Source: Trichlorobacter lovleyi SZ
GTDB lineage: Bacteria > Desulfobacterota > Desulfuromonadia > Geobacterales > Pseudopelobacteraceae
NCBI RefSeq assembly: GCF_000020385.1
Contig: NC_010814.1
Span: 270,001-302,000 of the forward strand
Direction of reading: 5' to 3'
DNA: 32,000 nucleotides
The notes beneath the pieces were generated by a model that was not told the origin of the DNA, did no database searches, and saw only the letters and a list, made by a program, of their open reading frames with translations. Positions within the stretch are counted from its first letter, which is position 1. Every line of letters begins with the position of its first letter. This document shows positions 15,464 to 24,397 of this stretch, piece after piece. The position numbers and the translations under genes were made by a program.

Positions 15464-16116
15464 GGGGTTCCTTTCCTGTTTTGTGACGATCTGGCCGCTG
15501 CCTTTGTCTTACCAACCGGCAGCGCCACTTCAGTTATCTCCATCAAACGTCCCTTCTGTTTGATGACCGATGGCACGGCCTGCAGTTTCAGTCGTTCGAT
15601 TATCTTCCGGTCGGCATAGAACAATGGACGGCTGATCCGCTTCGATACGGCCCCGAAACTCCCCTCGGTCAGGAGGAGCGTTACATCGAGTCGCTTGTCA
15701 TATTCGGAGGCAGCAAACCACTTCACCTGATCCGGGTCAGTGCCGTTGATGACAACCAGCGTTTTCGGATAGGTCACGTAATCGAGCGGGTTGAAGGTGT
15801 AACCCTTGGGGTAAAGAATCCCTCCCTTGCCGTCTGGTACGTCGATCTCAGTGGCATAGGTCATGTCAACCGGGAAGCTCCGGTTCCGCATTGCTCGCGG
15901 CAGACTCGCCTTGTCCGGTGGTCCCTGGTAATTCTCGATCTTGCGCTTGTCCAGCACCTTGTTCCAGTCCACTTGCCGGGCCCGTTCTTCGATCTCGGCC
16001 AGGGCATCCCGCTCCGTGATTCGGTACGTGGTTCCGTAAGTACCAATCACCTTGGCTTGCGCCGACGAAATACCAAGCACCAGCGCTATCACTGCCAATC
16101 CTGTGCGCCTGATCAT
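15460..16116 (-). CDS. traW: F-type pilus assembly protein TraW
   Basis: 218 aa with signal peptide ...ISSAQA. Matches F TraW blocks: FNPLDYVTYPKTLVVINGTDPDQVKWF (F: MNPLQYVPFNQTLYFINGDDPAQVAWM) and LLLTEGSFGAVSKRISRPLFYAD (F: IILVQGSIPEMQKSLDSRVYFDQ). ATGA overlap with the traN stop. Confidence 0.9.
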   Translation of the reverse strand: MIRRTGLAVIALVLGISSAQAKVIGTYGTTYRITERDALAEIEERARQVDWNKVLDKRKIENYQGPPDKASLPRAMRNRSFPVDMTYATEIDVPDGKGGILYPKGYTFNPLDYVTYPKTLVVINGTDPDQVKWFAASEYDKRLDVTLLLTEGSFGAVSKRISRPLFYADRKIIERLKLQAVPSVIKQKGRLMEITEVALPVGKTKAAARSSQNRKGTP

Positions 16117-19100
16117 TTCGGCGTCGCCTGGTACTTGTTCTGGATGTTTTGCATGATGGTCTGTTGTGAACCATCAATCTTGGTAGCAAGATCCTTCTGT
16201 ACGTCTTCGAAGTATTCCGAAAGATCGATCCTCGAAAAATCCAGTGCCTGGAATTCGTCTGGCGTAAAGCCGCGGCAGTTGGGTGCTTCTGGTACACCCC
16301 AGCCGCCGTTCGGCTGAAATGATTGCAGTTGCGGTCTCCCTTGTTCATGTATGATCCTCGCCATTTTCGAGTTGAAGCAGCAGAAACTCTTGGCCTTCTG
16401 CACACATCCCACCAACGGCCATTTCTTCTGGCAGTAGTCCCCCACGTAGTGGCACTGTTTGCCTTCTTTCTGCATCCCGGTCTGAATGTCACCCTGATCA
16501 CATCCGCTTCCCATCAGCACTTTCATTACTACCAGGACGACTACTGCGATGATAATGGTGGCTGGGTTGAACAGGGCAGCGGCATATGCCTGCAATCCGG
16601 CTCCAAGGGCAGAAGCTCCTGTCGCTCCGCTGGCCATGGTTGCGTATGCACCTGTTGCTGCCGCTCCTGACAGGGTCGTGGTAGTTCCGGCAGCGGATAC
16701 AACTGTCATGGAGGTGACTGCACCGGTAGCAGTGGTAGATATCGCCGAAATCTGCGCAGCACCGGTCACAAGTGCGTTGCCGTAATAGGCGACCTGACCG
16801 ATTTCATAGGCCATCTGAATGCCCTGAACCGCTGTCGAGATGCTGCTGCCGGTATCTTCCGAAGCCACCTTGTCGCTCTCGCAGCAGTTGTTGAGGTACC
16901 CGACCGTCATACCGGGGGGACGGCAACGCGACGCTTTTCCGTTGAAGATGTAGATCTGGCCGAGACAATTGCCATTTGCATCTTTCGGCCCGTCATCCTG
17001 AAGCATTGACTCGTCGAGAGTGGTCGTCACCTCAGACCCGGGCGCTCCAGGATTGAAACAGGGGTTCGGGGAGCACTGCATCTTGTTCTGGTATTCCATG
17101 CAAGCATACTGAGTCCCGAGCGGACAGGTATTGAACCCCTCGAAGCAGCTGTCCTTCTGCGGATTGTAGATACCGGCGGCGCTGCAAATCGGCACCGCCT
17201 CGCACTTGCCGATGGGAAACGGTGTGTATGTTGTTCCCGCCGGGCAGTCGTGCTGGACTTCGGAAACGCACTTATCAAGCGTGGTTGAAAAAGTAGTGGT
17301 AGCGGCCTGGGAGAAGGTTGGGTCCTTGGGACAGGTAACAGGTTGAAGGCACTTGAAGTCAGCCTGACTCCAGCCGTAGGTGCCGCAATTGCGGGTCAGC
17401 GTGGCCTGGCAGACGTTGAGGCTCGCGTCATAAGCACCATTGGCGCATACCGGCGACGAGAAGCAGAGATTGGCGGCAGCATCAAAGGAGTAGGTGCCGC
17501 AGTCCCTGGTAATGGTTGCTTCGCAGAGGTCAGTTGTGGTGTTTAGGGTGCCGTTCGGACAGGAAGGCACAAGAATACACAGCCCGCTGGCGCTGTCATA
17601 GGTTCCCTGGGTGCAGGTTGGCGTATAAGCGGCCCAGCAGACATCCATGTTTGGGTCGAAGTTGCCGCCTGAACAGGTCGGGTTAGTTGCAGAAAGGCAC
17701 TGATTACCATTGATGAGAGCCTGACCGGCAGGACAGACCATCTGAGTCGAAGCCATCGTGAATGCCCCGGATAACATCCAATCACTTGCCGGTGACCCAT
17801 CGGCACAATAACGATCCATGAAGTAGTAGCTGCAATTGCCGACGCTATCGCATTGCAACGCCGACAGAGCGTAACCGGTACTGGTCAGCTCGGTTCTTGC
17901 CAAGAGACTGAGGGGGGACTGAATCGTAATAGCGTCAGAGCCGAGGCAACAGTAATTTGCAGCAACATTCACCTGCCCCTGGGGGCCATTGGGGCAGGAG
18001 ATACTTACATTGCAGCAGGAGTCTGCATAAGGTGCGCAAAGAAACGATTGAGGACTGCAGGATAAAACCTGTTGTGCGCTGGCACCGGTGATGGCGTCAC
18101 ATTTGTTTGTGACCACATTGTACGTGGTGCCTGCCGGGCATTCGGGAGCTTTTTCGCAGCGCCCCCGGGAACTGTTATAGCTGTAGCCTCCCGGACAAGA
18201 TGGCACGAAGGGTTGGACGCAGAGATTGTACGAGGCGTTGTAGCTGCCATAGGTACAAATAGGCGACCGTTCGCACTTGCCTGTCGAACCGTTGTAGGCG
18301 TAGCCATTGGCAGTGTCGCAGACCGGCATCCATGCTTTTTCGCACCGATCTTTTGCCGCAATGAACGCTCCTCCGTCAGTGCATGTTGCCGACTTCACAC
18401 AACGGTCGTAGGTCTGACTGGCCGGGTTGGCGTCATAGGAATAGCCAACGGGACAATCGTTTTGAACCAGTTTCTCACAGCGGTCGGCAACCGGATTGAA
18501 GGTTCCGTTTTCCGGACAGGTCACTGCCTTGATGCATTTGTCGATACCAGAGTCCCAGGTGTAGCCGCTGCCGCACACGTTCTGGGCTGTGGCCTGACAC
18601 ATGTCACGAGTTGTCTCCAGAGTAGAGCCAGCCGGACAGACTGGTGCGGTAAAGGTTTCAACGCATTCCGTGGAACCGACCGGGCAGAATTGTCCTTGAG
18701 TCGTCTGAATGCAGTTGGCTGTTTCTCCCGGGTCACCGGCATAGCCGTTGTTATTCAGATCCTGACCGCACATGATGTTGTTGATGGCATTGGGATCAGG
18801 TGGTGGCGGGGGAGGTGGCGGCGGTGGCGGAGTGATCGTGCCGGGATCAATGTACGACAGGGCACAGTCGAGCTTGCCGGAAAATTCGACGATCTGTGAG
18901 CTTCTTGTCCCATCGAGACCGCTGGACCAAATCCCGTCACTACCCATGACGACTGCCTGCGGGTCCTGTCCGGTATAGGCGCCAGCAGCCGGCCACTTCG
19001 TGAATGGAAGTCCCGATCCGTCAATGGCGTTGAATCCGACAGGCCCGAACTCTTTCCAGGCGTCAATGTAGGTGCTCTTATCCGAGGTTGCTGTCCCCAG

Positions 19101-19487
19101 ATACGCGCCATAGCGCTTGATCAGGAAATCCAGTGTCTGCTGGCTGTCCACACTGACCGGCTTGGCCGCCCCGAACTGTCCAAGAGACAACATCCTCTTG
19201 AGCGAGGCCGTGTCGGTACCGGTCATCAGGTACTCACGGCTGATATTCGCCGAAAAGTCGAAATAGATGTCGGGAAGCGACTGGCTGCCACTGACAGCTG
19301 ATTTGGCGATGGCGTAGGTTTTGCCGTTGAATTCGGTGAAGAACGCCAGGGCATCACTGTAACGATAGGTGGTACCCGTGGTGATGGAGTCCTGGCAACT
19401 GACAACGGCCTGAGCCGTGGTGGTTACTCCGGAAAGGGAGAGCAGGAGAACGGCATAGAGAACTGAGTAGGCAATACGGAATAGCAT
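16113..19487 (-). CDS. traN: Mating-pair stabilisation outer-membrane protein TraN (unusually large, ~1124 aa)
   Basis: The track ORF extends to 19607. The ATG at 19487 (MLFRIAYSVLYAVLLLSLSGVTTTAQA-VVSC) gives a proper signal peptide, follows GAGG, and lies 5 nt after the upstream TAA. The C-terminus matches F TraN: CCESD...CHYVGDYCQKKWPLVGCVQKAKSFCCFNSKMARIIHEQGRPQL...APNCRGFTPDEFQALDFSRIDLSEYF. Confidence 0.92.
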   Translation of the reverse strand: MLFRIAYSVLYAVLLLSLSGVTTTAQAVVSCQDSITTGTTYRYSDALAFFTEFNGKTYAIAKSAVSGSQSLPDIYFDFSANISREYLMTGTDTASLKRMLSLGQFGAAKPVSVDSQQTLDFLIKRYGAYLGTATSDKSTYIDAWKEFGPVGFNAIDGSGLPFTKWPAAGAYTGQDPQAVVMGSDGIWSSGLDGTRSSQIVEFSGKLDCALSYIDPGTITPPPPPPPPPPPDPNAINNIMCGQDLNNNGYAGDPGETANCIQTTQGQFCPVGSTECVETFTAPVCPAGSTLETTRDMCQATAQNVCGSGYTWDSGIDKCIKAVTCPENGTFNPVADRCEKLVQNDCPVGYSYDANPASQTYDRCVKSATCTDGGAFIAAKDRCEKAWMPVCDTANGYAYNGSTGKCERSPICTYGSYNASYNLCVQPFVPSCPGGYSYNSSRGRCEKAPECPAGTTYNVVTNKCDAITGASAQQVLSCSPQSFLCAPYADSCCNVSISCPNGPQGQVNVAANYCCLGSDAITIQSPLSLLARTELTSTGYALSALQCDSVGNCSYYFMDRYCADGSPASDWMLSGAFTMASTQMVCPAGQALINGNQCLSATNPTCSGGNFDPNMDVCWAAYTPTCTQGTYDSASGLCILVPSCPNGTLNTTTDLCEATITRDCGTYSFDAAANLCFSSPVCANGAYDASLNVCQATLTRNCGTYGWSQADFKCLQPVTCPKDPTFSQAATTTFSTTLDKCVSEVQHDCPAGTTYTPFPIGKCEAVPICSAAGIYNPQKDSCFEGFNTCPLGTQYACMEYQNKMQCSPNPCFNPGAPGSEVTTTLDESMLQDDGPKDANGNCLGQIYIFNGKASRCRPPGMTVGYLNNCCESDKVASEDTGSSISTAVQGIQMAYEIGQVAYYGNALVTGAAQISAISTTATGAVTSMTVVSAAGTTTTLSGAAATGAYATMASGATGASALGAGLQAYAAALFNPATIIIAVVVLVVMKVLMGSGCDQGDIQTGMQKEGKQCHYVGDYCQKKWPLVGCVQKAKSFCCFNSKMARIIHEQGRPQLQSFQPNGGWGVPEAPNCRGFTPDEFQALDFSRIDLSEYFEDVQKDLATKIDGSQQTIMQNIQNKYQATPK
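17073..18686 (-). repeat. Two arrays (~9-10 and ~11 copies) of a ~20-residue two-cysteine module inside TraN (protein-level repeat)
   Basis: Recurring pattern C-[PGST]-x-G-x-[YF]-x(5-8)-C-x(5-7). Examples: CPAGSTLETTRDMC, CGSGYTWDSGIDKC, CPENGTFNPVADRC, CPGGYSYNSSRGRC, CSGGNFDPNMDVC, CTQGTYDSASGLC, CPNGTLNTTTDLC, CANGAYDASLNVC, CPAGTTYTPFPIGKC. First-Cys spacing is 18-21 residues in most units. The arrays lie at ~18099..18686 and ~17073..17735. The DNA copies are diverged. Confidence 0.75.
18798..18830 (-). repeat. Poly-proline tract (11 consecutive Pro codons by my count) in TraN
   Basis: The plus strand reads AGG TGG TGG CGG GGG AGG TGG CGG CGG TGG CGG, which is CCN x11 on the coding strand (..GTIT-P11-DPN..). 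It sits between the N-terminal domain and the first Cys-module array. Confidence 0.9.
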
Positions 19488-19492
19488 CTGGT

Positions 19493-21496
19493 TTACCTCG
19501 ACTGCATCGGCTGCTTCTGGCCGCTGGAACAGATATTGTCCTTGCCTGCCAGCCTGAGCGTCTGGATGACCGTGGCAGCTTCGGCAAACTCGTTGATGCA
19601 CTGGCAATCGATAACGATTTCTTCGCCCGGGTCGGCAGGACAGCTGTTGTTGATGCAGGTCTTGTAGAAAATGTCATAGGACTGTGCCGGTACCCGCATG
19701 TCGGTGACATTTCCGGTCGTCGTCACCTGGGTGTCGGTCTTGGCGATGCGGGTCTTGCAGGCCACTTCACATTCGGACGCCGGGTCACGTTGTGGCAGGT
19801 TGATACTGCCGTTGGCAATGTTCCACCCCGTAGGGCCGAGTCGTGGGTCCTGGAACGTCAGATTCGCTGTGTTGTCGCTGGCAGAGGAGACCACCTTCCC
19901 GAAACGAGTTGCCACATCAGAGAAGTCGTATTGCTGACTGCCGCAGACATAGGTACGCTTCTTGTGCCACCAGTCCCGGCAGATCTTGTTGGTACCCACC
20001 TGGCCGGTGAAATTCTTACAGGAAGGAAGTTGGTTGAAACCGGTTGGATTAAAGTTCTGGTAAGTCACGACACCATCGATATCCTCTTCCTTCAAGCGAC
20101 AGTCCGGATCGTTGGCCAGGGAGGCGCACTTATCCTCAACCCCTTCGGTGTAAGTGTCCTCCTTGAAGTCGAAGAAATAGCTCCAGTCGAACGAGACACC
20201 TTGAGCACCCTTTGCCGGACAGACAATGCCGGTCTGCACTGATGTGTCGAATCCGTTGATGACTCCGTCCACGGATGCCGAAGCGGAATTGCAGCCGCCG
20301 CCACTCATGTTGTTCATGTTGAAGTTGGCGGACATAAGCTGGCCGAGCTTGGCCGGGTCTGGTGTGGACACGGTGACGGGTTTAACTGTATGCCAGCCAT
20401 CTCCGCCCGGACTGCCGCCGCAGTTGTTGTGGGCCGCTCCCGGTCCTCCCGGGCCGGTATCCAGGTATTCCAATTGATAGGTTAGATCATCGACCTTATG
20501 AACCCGTATGTAGACCAGGTGATCGGTACAGAGTGCACTGCTTCCTGAGTCGTTGAAGGACTTGGTGGTGGTATCAACACGGCCAGCCCGGTCAACCGTG
20601 CAGATGCTTGACTTGCCCTGAGCCTCCCGGGCCGCACCCGAGTTGGAGATCATGTAGTAGAAACTGCTTGGGTCGGATGATTGGGAGATGGCAGCAGAAT
20701 CCCGAGCTGCCGTCAGCTGGGGCCAGTTGGTGTAATACCCCGTCAGGGTATCCACTGTTGGGGAAGAAGCGAATGCCGCGACACTCGTGGCGGCATTGTT
20801 CGTTTTGGTGGTCACTTGCCCGTAATAGGTAATGGTGGTGATGTCAGTATTGACGTTGGTAATGGTGAAGGAGGTATTGCTGGTATGAACTGCATTGACA
20901 ATACCCCCACCGATATCCTTCAACACGATGGCGCTGTTGACCCAGACCAGGTTGCTGCCGCAACTGCTGTTGATGCAATAGCAGCCACCGAGATCGGTAA
21001 TGGACGCCGGTGCTTCAGTGACCCGGCCATCAGCATCGGCGGCCCACGTATAATATTTGCAATTCGTCCAGCTACCGGCATTACAGGAGATGAAGCCGTT
21101 AGCGCAGACCCCTGACACAAGTGACGGTACAGCGTGAACATTGTCGATGGTGCCATCAGTGTTAAGATCCTGGCTGATGATAACCTGCTGCAGGTCACCG
21201 GTTCCTGACGGCTGTATCATCACCTCCAGGAATTTTGCCGATGAGGGGGCGTTCAGGGTAGCCGGGAAGCTGGTAGCGCCGTTAACCGTCTGCATGAGGT
21301 TCGATGAGTTGGTCATCGGCAACGAGATGTTGCTGTTGACAGAATTCTTACTGCCGAACCTGGAGAGCGCCGACTGGCCGGCATTCTGGCCAGCGGTCTT
21401 CCCATCGATTCCGAAGGCAGACGTGCTGCCTAACGTCACAGACATCATCAGACTAACTGCGGTATTTCTTGACCATCTCACGGATTGCATCCTCAT
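19493..21496 (-). CDS. Secreted Cys-rich protein of unknown function (possibly TraN-related)
   Basis: 667 aa. Signal peptide MRMQSVRWSRNTAVSLMMSVTLGSTSAFG. Its 5' end overlaps the traC 3' end by 44 nt, and its stop is 5 nt before the traN ATG. It has many Cys pairs (GGCYCINSSCGSN; CASLANDPDCRLKEE; KICRDWWHKKRTYVC; CINNSCPADPGEEIVIDCQC). Confidence 0.78.
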   Translation of the reverse strand: MRMQSVRWSRNTAVSLMMSVTLGSTSAFGIDGKTAGQNAGQSALSRFGSKNSVNSNISLPMTNSSNLMQTVNGATSFPATLNAPSSAKFLEVMIQPSGTGDLQQVIISQDLNTDGTIDNVHAVPSLVSGVCANGFISCNAGSWTNCKYYTWAADADGRVTEAPASITDLGGCYCINSSCGSNLVWVNSAIVLKDIGGGIVNAVHTSNTSFTITNVNTDITTITYYGQVTTKTNNAATSVAAFASSPTVDTLTGYYTNWPQLTAARDSAAISQSSDPSSFYYMISNSGAAREAQGKSSICTVDRAGRVDTTTKSFNDSGSSALCTDHLVYIRVHKVDDLTYQLEYLDTGPGGPGAAHNNCGGSPGGDGWHTVKPVTVSTPDPAKLGQLMSANFNMNNMSGGGCNSASASVDGVINGFDTSVQTGIVCPAKGAQGVSFDWSYFFDFKEDTYTEGVEDKCASLANDPDCRLKEEDIDGVVTYQNFNPTGFNQLPSCKNFTGQVGTNKICRDWWHKKRTYVCGSQQYDFSDVATRFGKVVSSASDNTANLTFQDPRLGPTGWNIANGSINLPQRDPASECEVACKTRIAKTDTQVTTTGNVTDMRVPAQSYDIFYKTCINNSCPADPGEEIVIDCQCINEFAEAATVIQTLRLAGKDNICSSGQKQPMQSR

Positions 21497-23900
21497 AACT
21501 CACTCCGCCATCAACCATTGCCTCTATTTCAGTTATCTCGCTCGCATCAGACGTGAAGACGTAGTAGGAGAAAGGATCTACGGCCAATCTGCCGACTCCG
21601 ACGCCGAAAGGAGTGTCCATGAAGATCTCCGAGTACTTGGGCTTGTTGCTCTTCGTTGACTTGAGAATCCGCATGGTAAAATCGTCGTAGTCCATCAGCT
21701 TCTCGTCCAGCGCCTTCTCGAAGTCGGACGACTCCAGATAGAATTTGAAGGCCGAGTTATTCCGGATGACATCGCCAACTCCGCCGAAGAGCTTCATGTC
21801 GAGTACCGACTGGGTGATTATGGTGAAACTGCCATGGTATTTGCGGGCACGACGGTACCCTTCCTCAATGACCTCCTTCAGGGTCGAACTCTCTCCAAGG
21901 AATTGCCATGCCTCATCAAAAACGATCAGTCGCTGATCAGACTTGTCTGAGAGATAGAGATCCTGGGTTACGGCATTTATCACCTGAAGGGTGACTACCC
22001 GGAACAATTCCTTACGGGACTTGAGGTGCTCCAGTTCCAACACCACGAACTCATCATTGGAGATGTCGAGATTGCTTTTGCCGTTGAAGAAACGGCCAAA
22101 TGTTCCGTCGCTCTTGAAGTCGGCCAGGTTGAAGGCAAGCCGGGAAGCAGCCTCCTTGATCTCGCCACCCTCTGACGAGTAGCGGTCGAAATTGAACAGG
22201 TACTCGTGGACGGTATCGATATCTGCATCGTTGCCCTTCTGCTGCCAGGCCCAGCGAACCGCTCCTTTGATGAGGGTCATCTCTGTCTCGCTGGGGATGG
22301 TTTTTCCGGTAGAAAAGACCATCTGGGCAACGATGGGAGCGATAACCGGGATGTCGTACTCGGGATCGATGATGTTGGTGAAGGGGTTCAGGCACACCTG
22401 GGAGTCTTCGCTGAAGTCCAGGTAGCGGGCACCGAACAGTTTGGTCATCTTCTTGTAGGACCCGCCGATGTCGATGATCCGGATCTTCGATTTCATGGCG
22501 AAGTAGTTGTAGACCAGATAGTTGATAAAGAAGCTTTTGCCGGCGCCGCTGGAGGCGCAGACCATGGCGTTGTGGTTGTTGACTCCCTTGTTGAAGATGT
22601 CGAGACCGAATAGATTTCCCTTGCGTCCGGCGAAGAGCATTACCGGTTTGCCCAGTCCGGAGAAGTCCCCCTGCACCGGTAACATCACGGCGATACTGTC
22701 GACGGGGAGAATATGGTCCCGGTCAAGAGTGTCGATGTTGCTGCCGTGGTCGTAGAGACCAAATGGCAGGGAAGAGATGAACAGGATGGGAAGAATCCCC
22801 TTATCCTCCTGCATGACATACCCTTGGCCCTCCCAGACCCGCTTGGCCCTGGTGACGGACTCATTTACCAGCCATTCGTCGCTGCCGTAGACCCACATGA
22901 TAGGAATTACCCGGTAGAATTTGGTGCCCCGTTCCAGTTCATCGACCGCCCAGAGGTACTCGTCTTTCTTTCTGGCCAGCGATGGGGCGAAACTGCCGAC
23001 ACCCTGCTGCTGCAGGACCATGTTGCATTTGGTGTGGAGTTTATTCTTCTGGTTCCGCAGGACGATATTCAGCGTAAAGAAGAATGGCGTCCGGATCTGA
23101 TCGGAATCGGTAGCCATCCCCATGATTCCACCAAAGAGTTGGTTGGTCTGGATCGGGTCGCCATTCAGAGGGAATGACTTCGGGGTGACGCAGCGGAAGT
23201 GTCGGGAACCGAACTTGAGAGAAGAGAACCTTTTCTCTACCTTGGTCCCGAGCAGCACCTGCTTGCGGATGATATTGCGATCATCATAGTGACTGCTATT
23301 TGCAGACGGGTCCTCATTCAGCATGCGTCTCAGCCAATCCAGCAAGTTCCCCGGATTGACAACAACCGGTGATAAGCCGGCGCCACGCAGCACTTCCTGG
23401 ATTGTTCCGAACACTTCATCAAGATTTACATGAGCACTATCCTTCACCGGAAACTTGACCGTAAAAAACATCCTGAAGTTTCGGATCGGAATACCGCTCA
23501 GACAGCCGAGGCCTTCCACACCTTCCTGAAAGAATCGGGACACGTTGTCAGAAACATCGCGTACCAGTTTGCTGTCGCGCAATTTCATGGAAGTGTAAGT
23601 GTCCACAATCTGATTCACAAAGGGGTCGGCAAACAGGATGAATTGCATGATCGAGCCATCAGGCAGGTTTACACGGAACAACCCCTCCAGAGTCCTGATG
23701 GTAGTCTCACAGGCAAAAGCCAGGGGAGCACACTCCCACATCATCCCGAAGGTGTTGTCAGTGTTCAGATAGATCTGATTCTTGGGGTCATGGGCAATCC
23801 ACGGGAAATATTCGGAAAAATTGTCCCGTTCGGTGAGGCGGCGCAATTCGCTCCTGGTGAAGCCTCCTCCACTTCCAAACAACGCTGACGCTACTCCCAT
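21453..23900 (-). CDS. traC: Type IV secretion ATPase TraC (VirB4 family)
   Basis: 815 aa. Walker A VCASSGAGKSFF, Walker B RLIVFDEAWQF. The overall length and its position after traV are typical of F-type TraC. Confidence 0.95.
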   Translation of the reverse strand: MGVASALFGSGGGFTRSELRRLTERDNFSEYFPWIAHDPKNQIYLNTDNTFGMMWECAPLAFACETTIRTLEGLFRVNLPDGSIMQFILFADPFVNQIVDTYTSMKLRDSKLVRDVSDNVSRFFQEGVEGLGCLSGIPIRNFRMFFTVKFPVKDSAHVNLDEVFGTIQEVLRGAGLSPVVVNPGNLLDWLRRMLNEDPSANSSHYDDRNIIRKQVLLGTKVEKRFSSLKFGSRHFRCVTPKSFPLNGDPIQTNQLFGGIMGMATDSDQIRTPFFFTLNIVLRNQKNKLHTKCNMVLQQQGVGSFAPSLARKKDEYLWAVDELERGTKFYRVIPIMWVYGSDEWLVNESVTRAKRVWEGQGYVMQEDKGILPILFISSLPFGLYDHGSNIDTLDRDHILPVDSIAVMLPVQGDFSGLGKPVMLFAGRKGNLFGLDIFNKGVNNHNAMVCASSGAGKSFFINYLVYNYFAMKSKIRIIDIGGSYKKMTKLFGARYLDFSEDSQVCLNPFTNIIDPEYDIPVIAPIVAQMVFSTGKTIPSETEMTLIKGAVRWAWQQKGNDADIDTVHEYLFNFDRYSSEGGEIKEAASRLAFNLADFKSDGTFGRFFNGKSNLDISNDEFVVLELEHLKSRKELFRVVTLQVINAVTQDLYLSDKSDQRLIVFDEAWQFLGESSTLKEVIEEGYRRARKYHGSFTIITQSVLDMKLFGGVGDVIRNNSAFKFYLESSDFEKALDEKLMDYDDFTMRILKSTKSNKPKYSEIFMDTPFGVGVGRLAVDPFSYYVFTSDASEITEIEAMVDGGVSYEDAIREMVKKYRS

Positions 23901-23902
23901 GT

Positions 23903-24397
23903 CTACTCCTCCTCGCCGGATGTAACGGAGTCACCCATCAACCAGCGCGGTTCATCAACGAAGAAGTAGACATAGCGCAGCATGTAGAATTCATTGTCCT
24001 GGCCGGTGTATGGCAGAAGGAGCACTCGCATGGTTTTCGGGGGTGCAACAACCGGTGTGACCGGTTCCTTCAGGAGTCCGCTGAATTTGTCGAACAGTGC
24101 CGATTGGTAGCGGTTGTAGGTACCGTTCTCTTTGGCCGACGGATGCAGGGAGATATCCTTCTTGCCTTCGGTGCAGAGACCGGCTGCTGCATTGTCAGCA
24201 TTGCAATCGTCTTCCTTGTGTTCTGCAGGTGCTTCGCTTGATTTGCCAGGACTTGCTGTCGATTCCTTGTAGGCGGTTTGCACCGAAACGCACTTGCCGT
24301 TGCTGGTTTCAGGGCAGCTAAAGCTGCTTTCGTAGGGGTTGAGCAGGGCACAGCCGCTCATTGTCAGCATTCCTATAGTAATAAGGGCTTTCTTCAC
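23903..24397 (-). CDS. traV: Outer-membrane lipoprotein TraV
   Basis: Lipobox LTMSGC. Conserved Cys pair SSFSCPETSNGKCVSVQTAY (F TraV: TEFECNATTSDTCMTMEQA). C-terminal MRVLLLPYTGQDNEFYMLRYVYFFVDEPRW (F: ALWIAPYIDNQDVYHQPSSVFFVIKPSAW). Confidence 0.85.
   Translation of the reverse strand: MKKALITIGMLTMSGCALLNPYESSFSCPETSNGKCVSVQTAYKESTASPGKSSEAPAEHKEDDCNADNAAAGLCTEGKKDISLHPSAKENGTYNRYQSALFDKFSGLLKEPVTPVVAPPKTMRVLLLPYTGQDNEFYMLRYVYFFVDEPRWLMGDSVTSGEEE

Noticed and set aside
15866-16501. 211-aa minus-strand ORF in an alternative frame spanning the traN/traW junction
   Set aside because: Its composition is Arg/Thr/Gly-rich and nonsense-like. It overlaps two genes with strong family motifs, so it is an out-of-frame artefact.
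18072-18899. 275-aa plus-strand ORF (and neighbouring 16323..16670, 17853..18065, 18772..18978 with a poly-Gly run)
   Set aside because: These are antisense shadows of traN in GC-rich sequence. The poly-Gly is simply the reverse complement of the TraN poly-Pro tract. They have no SD, low-complexity or Arg/Gly-rich composition, and the minus-strand frame has unambiguous TraN motifs.
19488-19607. 40-residue N-terminal extension of TraN in the ORF track
   Set aside because: It overlaps the end of the upstream gene and is Arg/His-rich. The internal ATG yields a canonical signal peptide right after an SD.
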